Positions 40,301-51,348 of a stretch of 64,000 nucleotides of DNA are shown one piece after another (the first letter of the stretch is position 1; every line of letters starts with the position of its first letter). Made by a program: the position numbers and the translations under genes. This DNA is from Ascidiella aspersa (Eukaryota): assembly GCA_963924565.1 (NCBI GenBank), contig OZ004609.1:24552001-24616000 (forward strand), given 5' to 3'. The notes beneath the pieces are model-generated. The model did no database searches, was not told the DNA's origin, and saw only the letters and a program-made list of their open reading frames with translations.

Positions 40301-42949
40301 TTATGAAGAAATATGAAACAAACAAGCGAACAAAAATCTGCCAGTAGTAGTATATTTGAGTACCCTTTTTTGCTCTTTTAGCACTTATCCAATGGTAACT
40401 AATGTGCTGATGCATGAGATGTTTATTCTCGCAAAATTCCCACCATCATTGCTATCCAGCATATCAACGAAACAATAAGCTCGAAAATACAATAGCGGTA
40501 CACCACGCAGGCCAGTCGCAAGAGTCGATGAGGGTCTATGCAGGTAAACATAGGTAGCTCGAAGCCACATTAAGCGTCATACACTTCCTGTGCAATTTCG
40601 AATTGTGCTGTTTTGATATGCACTCAACCACGCAAAAGCGTCAACAAATCGCACTTGCTCGTGCCTGAACCGCCTCTCAGCCGTTTTCTGGCATGAAGTG
40701 AACAGCGCAAATTATTTCCGGTATTTCTCAGCCAACCCGTTCAACGTCATTTTTTATCAGCATTTTAGCCTCGTTTTGTTTGCTACAAAGGGACCTCTTG
40801 CCTGAAACAAAAAATAAAAACACAACCATTTTGTTAAAAATAATAAGAAAATGTGCCACATCGCCGGAGTTTTTTTTGTAAAAGCATAATCGGATTTCGC
40901 GTTGGTTTATACATAACCCGGGGTTATTATTGGAAAAAGTTCGGGAAACCGAGACTTATGCGAATTACTATATTATTTTTTAAATACGAATCATTACATC
41001 GGGATGATTTCTGATATTATTGTTATAATCGAATTAGGTTTTTTTTAATGTTCACTCCAAACCAGGGAGCAGAAACGCTGAAAACATATTACGTAGGTCT
41101 GATCTATATAAAGTTCTTGCTCGTGGGAAGATTTTGCGGCACTTCATTGAGAATCTGTGCCCGATATGGCGTTTGCAGCGCGACTACTTGCCATTTAATA
41201 CGTGCCTGCTGGTGCGTTTCTGCCAGAAAAGTTAATTTGTCCGGGCGACAGCGCAGGCTACACGACAGGCTGAAGTGCGGTCGGCTGATAACACTTCATG
41301 TTTGCTCCATGTAATTGGATTGTAATTGCGAAAGCCCTAACCTTCGTGTTGTTTCAACACGCGTAATCGAACCCACTCACAGCTGTACACTCGCTGTGTA
41401 TTCCCACTGGATCCAAAAGGCCGTCCGACGTGCCGAGACGCAATAGGATTACGGGAAGTCACTTTCCCCACCATTTTGCAAGTGATTTCGCTCGCCGCAA
41501 AATTATCAGCTTTCAAACGAGTAAACTTTTCAATCTTTTGCAGCAAGGAGCCCTCGTACAAAACGTTGGTAATACTAGGAGTTTGCAGAACACGACAACT
41601 ATTTATTCCGGTAAACTGACAATCCTTGGTAAACAATTTGCCATTTTACACAAGTCGCTTTTTAACGATAACGTAAGTAGGTTTATTTGCCACGCACAAG
41701 GATAATCACTAAACATAAAATGTCGAACGCAAATGTTTGGCAAATAGCTTAACAAAGCACGCGCTGACTCGATTTGGACTTGTAATTGCCTTTGGCTTTA
41801 ACCGCATTTTGTTCTTCACAGAGTATAGACGTGTTTTGCAGTAATCGCTTTGTAATCTCGGGATAATTTTCCAGTAGTTTTTGCTGCGCGTTTTTGTTCT
41901 TTGTTCCTAGCTTCTGTGCGCCTGTCTAGGGGTATTTCCACCGAAACCGAAAATGTCCAATCTTCGTTTGGCCCTTGTACGGTAGGTCGTAAAGCCTGTT
42001 GGACGCTTGAAAATATATATAATTATAGAAACCTCTGGCATGCAAATTGTATTTATAAACTTAACTTGGTTAAAACATTTTTGTACGAGGTGTTTACGGT
42101 AATGTTTGGTCCCTTATGACTCGTTTATCACACCATGTATAGGGAGGCAATAAGCAACCGCTTTAATTCCCCCGAACACTTTACCTTTCTTTGAGGATAG
42201 AGTTTCGCCATCGCATTGTTTCTTTAGCAGAAGCGTTGCTATTTCGATCGAAGACGTCATTCTATATACATATTCCTATTACAGCGACGGGTAACTCGAT
42301 TGCTTATATAACCCTCGCCTGATTGTATCACCGCCTACTGCTTTTAGTTCAAACAAGCGAATATTTTTGCTGAATACACGCTTAACTGAACCTGAAACAT
42401 CCCGACCGACAACGAAATGGTTCGCTTAATTTGGGCTCACGTTTTTTACGGTTCGTATTTAACGTGGTTTCATGGCAAACGGTTAACAGCAATTTTTTAA
42501 CCTTGCCGCAAAATAACAAGGCGCTTTTTGTTGTTTCATAGTAGACTTTGTAATGACTATTATTCGAAAATTTGTGCAGTAAAATCGAATTTGTAAGCTC
42601 CATCGCGAAAAAATCGACGCTTTATTGATGAATTTATTGATTAATTTTTACTTAGCTATGAATTGATTTTATATTTGAGCAGGTTTGTACCGACATTTAG
42701 CCAACTAAACTCGATTGATTTTTTAACGATATTAGGTCGCGCTATAGATTGCAGTTTTTTGTTAAACCATGCCAGCATATTCTGTAAATTCGGACAGTAA
42801 AATAAAACTATGTTCGTCCCAATGACGAATGCATTCGATATCTTAACTTTCTTATTTAAACAGGACAGGGTCAAAATTAAGAAATGTTTGGCCTTGGTTC
42901 GCTTGCTGTACCTACCATCTTGATTTCGTTGTACATTTTCGTTGTTGTA

Positions 42950-43057
42950 CAGGTGTTTCCACCATCATGTGAAAAGGGTGGAAATGAAACTCTTAAGCGC
43001 GGAATTTTCCACCAAAACCAATAGTTTAAGATTTAAAGCGTGGAAATCTCCAACCTG
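42950..43057. mobile_element. Small TA-flanked inverted-repeat element (Tc1/mariner-type MITE candidate)
   Basis: ta|caggtgtttccac at the left end and gtggaaatctccaacctg|ta at the right end, with internal ttccac/gtggaa repeats. Confidence 0.45.
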
Positions 43058-43108
43058 TAATTCTAAAAGCCTGGTGAAAGTCACTTAACCTTCTACTGTC
43101 TATTGCAG

Positions 43109-43301
43109 AACGATCTTATGCGCATGGAGCCGGCCTACGGTCGTATAGCGTTCACGTGGGTCTTCTTTGTCTTCGGCGCCACGAGCAACATCTTTGTACT
43201 CTACTGCCTCTACAAGTGGAAAAGGAAGACGCACGTGCAAGTGATCACCCTCCATCTCACCCTCGCCGATCTGGCGTTCACCTTTTTTATCATGCCTATG
43301 G
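43109..43301 (+). CDS. GNRHR: GnRH-receptor-like exon, TM1-TM2
   Basis: NDLMRMEPAYGRIAFTWVFFVFGATSNIFVLYCLYKWKRKTHVQVITLHLTLADLAFTFFIMPM has class A N1.50 and LADL (D2.50). ttgcag acceptor, G|gtgagt donor, phase 0 to 1. Confidence 0.95.
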
Positions 43302-45557
43302 GTGAGTGATACAACAGTCTTGTAAAAAAAATCGTGAAAAATAGTGTCTAGTACTGGTAGGATAGACTTCGGTGTAACGATAATTGAAAATTGCGCCGTG
43401 GAATAGGACACATGAACTACATTTAGGCTTGAACTAGCATGTTTTGCAGTGAAAATGTATTCATTTCTTCTTTTTTTGCATTCGTGTGCCTTTGGATTTG
43501 TGTATGTGTTCACTGAAAGATAATTCGCTTCTGGGTGTTGCCGCTTATAAAATTAGCATGGCCAAAAATGAAGCTCCTTTATACATTTAATAAATTCAAT
43601 GGCACTAAAAACATACAAGTAGTACACAAATTGTTCGATAATAGTAATTGCTAGAAGGCAGAGACACTAAAGTATATTTATATTGTGGTCAAAGGTTTTG
43701 TTTGGAAATACATTACATTGCGGCCCTGTGGCAAACGCGATGTGAAACATGGAAATGGCAACTGGCAAAGCGCTCTATAAATTCCCTCGCGACCTGCTGT
43801 ACATCAGCAAGTCTCCTGCTTGTCGTGAATACGCAAGGGTAAATGGATAAACCTGATTAGCTTCGTTGCGATATCCTAATCTCCGCCACCGTTAAGTGTA
43901 GCGCTTTACGAGGCTTGTCGTAGGGTACTCTGGTTGTACAATGTTAAGTTCAATGTGTGCGATGGAGTGATCACATGTGTCGAGCAAACACTTGTGAATG
44001 GGTTTGCTTGCCTACGTTATCGACCTGCTATCAGGTCAGAAATCAGTGCAATACACATTTTTGCCGACTGAGCAGGATTCTCTGATATATAAAAGGTTGT
44101 GTTCGTGCCGTTAGTGAACGGAACTGGGGGTGTCGAGCCACTTTAACTGTTCATCAATATAGCAATAAAGAATCTGACGCATTTAGTTGTTGGTGATTGG
44201 CGCGCGGATGTGATCAAATTTTAAAGTTATTAGCCACTCGCAGTTTCACGATTTTTAACTAGTATCCGCTGCCTACCGTCGGTCGTAAGTTAACCGCACT
44301 AGGTGTTATGACACGACCAAGTGACATAATCAAGCGTAATGTTGTATTGGGATGGGCCTTTACCTTGTGCACCTCGTATTGGCTTGAAGGGATATTGTTG
44401 CCCTTTATTCCTTGTAACAAGTCTCTATAAAATGGTAATAGTCTGCTGGTATTAATTGGATATTTTATTTTTTTTTGCGCAAACTAATTTTTCGCCACTG
44501 TGCTGCTGCACTTTTGTAATTAGTCAGAAAACCTTTTTCCGCCGAACCCAAAACAAATTACTCCTAAACTCGCCGTTGGTATTATGATAAAAAACAATAT
44601 TAAATAGATATTAGGAAATGTATTATATTTTGTCCACACTGGCGCGACCCAACTAGCAAGACCATAAACCCTAAATTTCCGTCGTTTCTTGTGCAGCCGC
44701 TTTATTTCTATATAACCACTGTTACAAAACATTTTAAATGGCGTTATTGCAAACCAAACGGTTCGGGCGCCTGGCGAGCTAAAAACAGATGTTATGCTCG
44801 ATCAAGCTGTCGTCTGCTTTCAATTGGTGCTATACAATTTTGTGAATGAACAAAATAGTTTATCGAAAACAACTTTATACGATTGCGGAAGCTGGCAATA
44901 TCTTTCGAGGAAGTTTTTCGATTTACGCAGGCAAATTTCCTCGAAAGCTCCCGCCGAGTTTAGGGGTTGTGACACTTGGTCGCATTGTCCACCGGCTGGA
45001 TTCACTTGACCAAGGAGAGTGGTCGAGTTTAAAGCACAGCGGGAAATAGTGCGACGATTTAGACGCCGAAAAGCTTTGGAAACGCCGTGAGACGTATTTG
45101 TGTGCGCTTGGCTTGAATGACGTCAAAGGCACTTGAATTTCGCGTCTCTTTGTACGACACGAGACCTTTATTTGACCACAATGTTTGGCAAAGGTGGCAA
45201 ATTCTAAATAATTTTGTTTAGTCTTCATTATCAGGTGTTTTGCTGTAATTATATTTAGGTTGAACTTTACCAGCGCTGTCAAACAGTTACAGCACAAAAC
45301 AAAAATTAATTTTCCAAAAGGACGAATGGAACTAAATTTTCGTTTTGCTTGCCTTTCATGAATATCGTAATTAGATTAGGGTTCTATTGTGAATCTTTTA
45401 CACACGGTAGATGCTTCACAAGTTCAAAAATCAAAAATATTTTTCGCCTCGGTAGGTTAGTTTTCTAATCTAGCCGTACCGTTGTTGATTGACCTCGGAA
45501 ACATCGAGCTGCATCACGAACAAACGCTAACCTGTCGCTTGGTGGTATATTCAACAG

Positions 45558-45664
45558 ACGCGATGTGGCAGCTGACCATTGAGTGGGAAGCCGGCAATGT
45601 CATGTGCAAGGTTTGTCAGATGATGAAGCAATTCGGGATGTACGTCAGCTCGCTCATGGTGCTC
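45558..45664 (+). CDS. GNRHR: GnRH-receptor-like exon, ECL1-TM3
   Basis: (D)AMWQLTIEWEAGNVMCKVCQMMKQFGMYVSSLMVL follows the GnRHR pattern DxxWxxTxxWxAGxxxCK...K.F.MY. cag acceptor, gtaagt donor, 107 nt, phase 1 to 0. Confidence 0.95.
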
Positions 45665-48600
45665 GTAAGTCTTTTTTTGTTAAATTGATTTAAAAAAGAC
45701 TATTTTCGTTCGCATAGTAGCCCCAGTTGCATAGCTTCATACTGAGCGAAATTTGTTCCATTTTCTTGTAGAGGGTTTTGTGTTTTATAGTAGCCCTAGT
45801 TCGCATAGTAGTCAAATGGTGGTCCCGCGCAGTGATTACCCCTCTTAAAATAGTATAACTAAACCGTAACAAGTAAAACAAATCCGGTTAAATTGAGCGT
45901 CTGGCGTTTTGTGCTTTCCTTAATTCTTTGCACTGTTGGTGGACAGGCAAAACACGCCCTGTTCGGATTCAGTTCTGCCACCGCAAAACACCGTGTTTAT
46001 CACCAAGGCGGTTGTTTTCTACCGTGTACGCACGACCATCACCCCATATCGTTCCGGTCTTGACGAGCCCAACCAACACGGCCCGTTTGTCGAAAAAAAC
46101 CTTGTCTACTCGGCCTTGTTTCATGGCTCATGACTGTTATAAACATATGGCTCCTCTTTTTTTTCACCACCGCTCATGCAAGGAAGCCAAACAAGACCAG
46201 GCGAGGTCAAGTGGCGGTAAAAACTTTGGCCAGGCTTGCCTATAATGTTTGACGTCGAAACGTGCCAGTTCCTAATGAAATGTTTCGGCTCGCCACCCAA
46301 CGAAGGGTACCTGCTGTGGTTTAGCATAACATCCCAAGGACAAGTGCCCTGCCGATGGTGCATTCTGTGAAGCGGTCCGCTGTCTGCGTCAATGACACGA
46401 CCTGCAATGTTAAACAAGCGCATTAACAAACCCCGGATTTTCACGCCAACCGCGTTTTCGTGCTTGAATAGCTTTCAGGCGCTAGAAGCGACGGCTTTTG
46501 CGGTGTTTTTGCCTCGTGTGAAAGCTCGTCCTGACAAACAAACCTCCCCATAAATGGGTCAACATGCAAATGGCTGCAGCTTCGCCTGCGGTAGAGTTGG
46601 AAGTTAAACATTAATAAGGCAGCTTTCAAGGTTCAAGGTTTCAAGGTTCAAAAGGCTGCTTGTTTCGACATACACAAGAGGCCTGCGTAAAAAATGGCGG
46701 TGCTCTTTTTTACATTCCTGTACCCGAAAAATGTTAAGTTTTTGGCGCCACTCCAGTTAATTTAGCTCGTTAAGTGGATCGGCTGTTTAGCTTTTAAGGC
46801 CGAAATCGCTCGTGCACTTTTCCAAGCGTAAAATTAGGGCCGCGAATGACGTAACAAACGCGTTAAATGTCTATAAAAATAAAAATCACGACTTCTGGTT
46901 GTTTGTGGGATTCCTGACTCGGAACGTTTCAAGTAAACACATTGCTTATCAGAATATTACGTAGGAGTTGCTCCTACAAGTCCATTTCAGACGACGTGTC
47001 TGCGCCCACAATCCCCACGCATGTTTAAATATCCGCGATCGAAGTGGTGTCCTTTCAAAGTGACGCGCCATCTCGGGAAATCATGGCTCGTTAGGGTGTC
47101 CTCGTAGAGATATACTCATCGCCAACAAAAATGAGCGCACGTCAACCACCGAAGCTCTAGGTCTGGACGTTTCCACCTTGTAACTTCCCGTCCTATTTGT
47201 CCTATTCGTCCTATTCGGCTGCCGATTTCTGGGCATAGACATTTTAAAATAGTCTATTTTATGAATTGCCACTGTGTTCATGCGTTTTTTCTTATTTTTT
47301 AATCAAATGCTTTTATATCGGGCTATCGTCGATTTTCAAACCAAAAGCGAATTGTTTTGAACTGTGTTACGCAATCCAACTTTCCTTAGTTAGTTAGAAG
47401 AGTTTTTCGTCTAATAAGCTACAATATTTAGAAACTGGAAAATAGATCGGTACACTGAATTTTTAGTTATGACACATAATTCTATATCCAGTATGGCGGC
47501 ATAACGTTGTTTGTACAAAGCGGTGATTTATTTGGGCCCGTCTAGTCAATGTCTTTTTTACGTGTAATGACCATATGATCTATTTTCTAAACCAAAAACG
47601 TTGAAAAGAGTGATGGTGTCGTACAAATACATGGTTTGTTGAGACCTTTGATATAGTTATACTGTGTATATAACGCAATAGTTGCATTCCAGCCCCTTTG
47701 TCGCACTCAAGTCATTTCATGTTGTGTAAGAGTGTCGTTATATAAAAACCTATATAGGAAACATGTAAATACTGAAGACAAATAACGTCACTAACTGAAT
47801 GGTCTCGCCTTAAATGGGGTTTGGCAGCACCATTTTAACCTTCAGACGGTACTACCTTGAACAAACAGTGACAGTGACATATTATTGATACGAAACGTGA
47901 GGTCACTAAACGCTTTTAACGAACAAGCCTGTACAAACAACATAAGGATTTGTTTTGTATTTGGTGATATTTCCAAGTTTCTCAGCTTGTTTTTGTTGTC
48001 AGTCAACACACGTTTGCTGCGGCGTTAGTTAAACACAATTTGCCACCGATGATCTCTGACAAACGATAATGAAATAATCAATGGCTCGGGTACGGACATT
48101 TTTTTCAGGAAGTTTACAAGCTTGTCCACAACTTTGCGCCTTTGTTTAATGTAGACTACTTGATGAATCCTTAACAAAGATACACGGTATCGCCAGTGGA
48201 ATAAACCATATAAATCCGGCATAATAAGTTCGCTCTGTTTCAAGTCGGATATTTTTTGTCACGCGGTGTGGCCTTTGTTAGGTCTGACGCAAACAGGGGC
48301 CAAATATCGATCTGATGACGTCAAAGCCCGCACTTTTGCCACCCCGGTCAGTGTCATTTAACACGGTTTTTCGTATCCACAAATACCCAGTTCAAGCGAA
48401 ACTCGTGGGGGGTTACAGGCAGTTCTATATGACAGAAAAATACGCGGACCAAGTTAAAACTGCCAAAATCCTAAAAGATATATTGGCTTTCATCCGATAT
48501 TAGGATTCAAAGGTGCGAGAGTTGCTGTATAAAACACTTAAACGTAGCTTAGTAATCGAACACTGTTGATAATACGTTTTCTTGCGACGAATTATCTTTT

Positions 48601-49608
48601 TGTAGGCCTGATTGAGTTAATTAGCGTTACAGAAGACCTGTCGACATATAATGAAGACAGCCAGGCCCGAAGTTGTAATTCGTGTTTTCGATTAAAATAA
48701 CATGTGAGTGTCAGTTATGGAACACAATATGGCAAAATATTTCCATCGAGGAAAGCCGTCTTATTGTGTGTTCAAAATTTAAGATATGTTACACACAAAA
48801 AAGATTCTGTTACACAAAAAGTAGAGCTCAACACAGCTTGGGGCGACTCTGCTGCCAATAACGCGAACTACAACTTTATTTAGCTAATTAAAAATCAATA
48901 TCGTTTACAGTCTGTTTGGAACCACGTCAGCTTAAAATGCGCTAACAATAAATGAAAAAGCAATTCGACCCTTGTAAGTTGCGTTGGTAACTTACTACTC
49001 ATATTCCAGGGAGTAACGGTATAAAACAATTTCTTTATAGGTATTTTTCTTATACACCAAATTAAACCTTATTTGTTACGATTCTACTAGAGTTGCTGTC
49101 ACTTAATTTAAAAAAAAAGTCCCATGCCTGTTTCCGATTTAAGTAAGCTCATGAGTGGCAGATGCGCACAACTTCCAACATTTAGAAGCGTGTGTGCAGT
49201 TTTAATCTTTATGAAACTTGCCCTTCAACACTTGGGTTAAGGCATATAACTCGCCTGTCATCACGAACTATTGGCGTGGAAATTAACTGTCGTCTTAAAG
49301 TTGGCCTTTACTTTGATTTCCATTTTCTGGAAGCAATACGAATCTGGAACGTTTGGATTTAATTAACTTGTATATCATAATCTGTTGTCCTAATGGTTTA
49401 AAATATTTGAAAAGTTCCCGACGTTTCACAGTTTCATATGTGAAAGGAAAACAATATGAGCGAACATTAAAAAAAAATAAAAACACGTTTCAAACCTTAT
49501 AGAAGTAGCAGGTCGAACTTGAATATCTAAGCACGATATTCGTTTCGAATAAGAAGTATTGATGCTGTGAATGTGCAAAGTGCTTTCAATCTGCTTGTTT
49601 TCTTACAG

Positions 49609-49734
49609 GTTACTGCACTTGACCGTGTATTTAGCATCCTGTCGCCCATGTCGACCGCCACTCAGCAAAGAACGCGAACAAAGTTTCTTCTCATTGGTGC
49701 TTGGACTACAAGTTTTGTCAGTGCCCTGCCGCCG
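49609..49734 (+). CDS. GNRHR: GnRH-receptor-like exon, DRx motif, ICL2, TM4
   Basis: VTALDRVFSILSPMSTATQQRTRTKFLLIGAWTTSFVSALPP. ttttcttacag acceptor, gtaatt donor, 126 nt, phase 0 to 0. Confidence 0.95.
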
Positions 49735-50166
49735 GTAATTGTTATGCTATAGCCGAAAGTAAAATCTTGTTTTGCAATATTTATAAATTTAAAAAAAGTT
49801 TGTCTGTACTTCGTAGTTGCGAAAGTGTTTGCTTTTTTATTGCTAGTAAATTGCCACATGAAGGTTTGAGAGTTGCCAGAGCGCGAATCAGGTGTATTTT
49901 ATTTGCCCAGTATCCCCGGAGACAACTTAAGCACGTGAAAAATACTTATCTGATTGTCTCTGATGGCTTTTAACTTAGGATTGCAACCAACAAATCTAAG
50001 GCGTTAAGTTGTGAGAGCTTAGAATAACAATTCATTGGTGTCCACAACATGACTGTAAAAAGGCCCGAATAGCAAATCACCCCTTTTTGACCTTTTGTCA
50101 AAAAAATCTCGACATTACGGCGCCTGATATTTCCAAGTAAATTAGCCCAATTTTGACCTTCCGCAG

Positions 50167-50377
50167 CTGTACGTTTTCTCCCTGTCGACGGACAGTCTGT
50201 GTCCGGACGCCCCTCCGTTCCGCCAGTGCGTGGACTTCATGATGGTGAGCGAAACGGTGAAGAAGGTGTACCTCTTCTTCACGATGGCCATGAGCTTCAT
50301 CATCCCTTTCGTCGTCACAGTGGTTTCCTACAGCCTCATCATCGCCGAGATCTCAAACATGTTGCGCAGAGACCGAA
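50167..50377 (+). CDS. GNRHR: GnRH-receptor-like exon, ECL2-TM5-start of ICL3
   Basis: LYVFSLSTDSLCPDAPPFRQCVDFMMVSETVKKVYLFFTMAMSFIIPFVVTVVSYSLIIAEISNMLRRDR has the QCV ECL2 Cys and FxxP...Y of TM5. GC3-rich codons, ccttccgcag acceptor, A|gtaata phase-1 donor. The ORF track shows a different frame here. Confidence 0.93.
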
Positions 50378-50532
50378 GTAATAACTGATGTAAACAATCG
50401 ACAATACCTTGGCGCTATTACGTGACCTTGCGCCAAAGGAAAATATGTTAAACAAACACATTTATATGTTTGTTTTGACAATACCTCGTGTTTTATGAAG
50501 TTTGTTGTTTTAAACCGAGTTCTTCTGAATAG

Positions 50533-50580
50533 CCTCTGGCATCTTGGGTGGTGCCTTTTACTCTGTTTAGGAACCAGACA
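50533..50580 (+). CDS. GNRHR: Candidate GnRH-receptor exon or exon remnant, end of TM6 and ECL3
   Basis: PLASWVVPFTLFRNQT ends at a strong ACA|gtgagt phase-0 donor that fits the TM7 exon. The WxxP motif lies at the expected distance from TM7. Its 5' tag acceptor is phase 0 and does not fit the phase-1 donor at 50377. Confidence 0.5.
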
Positions 50581-51202
50581 GTGAGTGAAAACTAACCTTG
50601 GAAACCTAGTCCGCTTTGCTTTGCTTGGCTGTTCAACCGACAAAATATTTTGTTCGCCGTTTCGAGTAACATGCAAAACAAAACAGTTGATCATAGAAAG
50701 AGACCAAATATAGTTTCACAAAGTTCTCGTACGTTCGCACTTTCAACCATGAGTTGAAAATATAGTGCAAACAAGCTACCAGTTAAGCTATTTTTTTATA
50801 ACATAACAGCATCTTTCGTAGTAGACGTGAATGGTATTTGTTTTACGTAAATCGTGGCGCGCAAAGCAACATCAGTACCATAGGTTACGTGGCCGATTTA
50901 CGGAATTCGATAACTTCGATAAATTAGGTAAAAAACAACAGTCATCAAAAGTAATATTTGTATAATATTGAAACAAATGCAAAATAGCCGAAGCGCAGCA
51001 ACTTGCGAATTATGTGGACTATATTGCTAGGATATCTTACAGCCCTTGTTGGATACCATCGCGACAAAATACATAAGTGTTAATAGAACCTCATTTTCAC
51101 ACTTAAGTTAAGCAATTTCAGCACGATTCAAACGTTGACAACAGCAAATGCCACGAGAAAACCTACAGTAAAACTGTGACTTGAAAAGCTCGTTTTTTGC
51201 AG

Positions 51203-51348
51203 GTGTTTCTGATGCAGGTCCTCTACATGCTGCTTTATCTGCCGCCCTTGGTCCACCCTATCCTTTACGGATTCTTCGTCAGCGATTTCCGCAAGCGATT
51301 TGCTTCCATGTTTAGCGTTTGCATAAAGCATCCAAGCGCCCATCGCAG
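51203..51348 (+). CDS. GNRHR: GnRH-receptor-like exon, TM7 and helix 8
   Basis: VFLMQVLYMLLYLPPLVHPILYGFFVSDFRKRFASMFSVCIKHPSAHR has HPxxY in place of NPxxY, followed by an FR helix 8. ttttttgcag acceptor, AG|gtaaaa donor, phase 0 to 2. Confidence 0.92.

Noticed and set aside
43100-43513. 137-aa minus-strand ORF
   Set aside because: It is antisense to the receptor TM1-TM2 exon and has no independent support.
50571-50580. 10-nt microexon GAACCAGACA between tttag and gtgagt
   Set aside because: Phase 1 in gives phase 2 out, which does not restore the frame to the TM7 exon.
50988-51083. PKRSNLRIMWTILLGYLT plus a frame-shifted CWIP as a hidden TM6
   Set aside because: It needs a 5-nt deletion, has no proper acceptor or donor, is AT-rich, is followed by polar residues and a stop, and lies downstream of the ECL3-like segment. 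Most likely chance.
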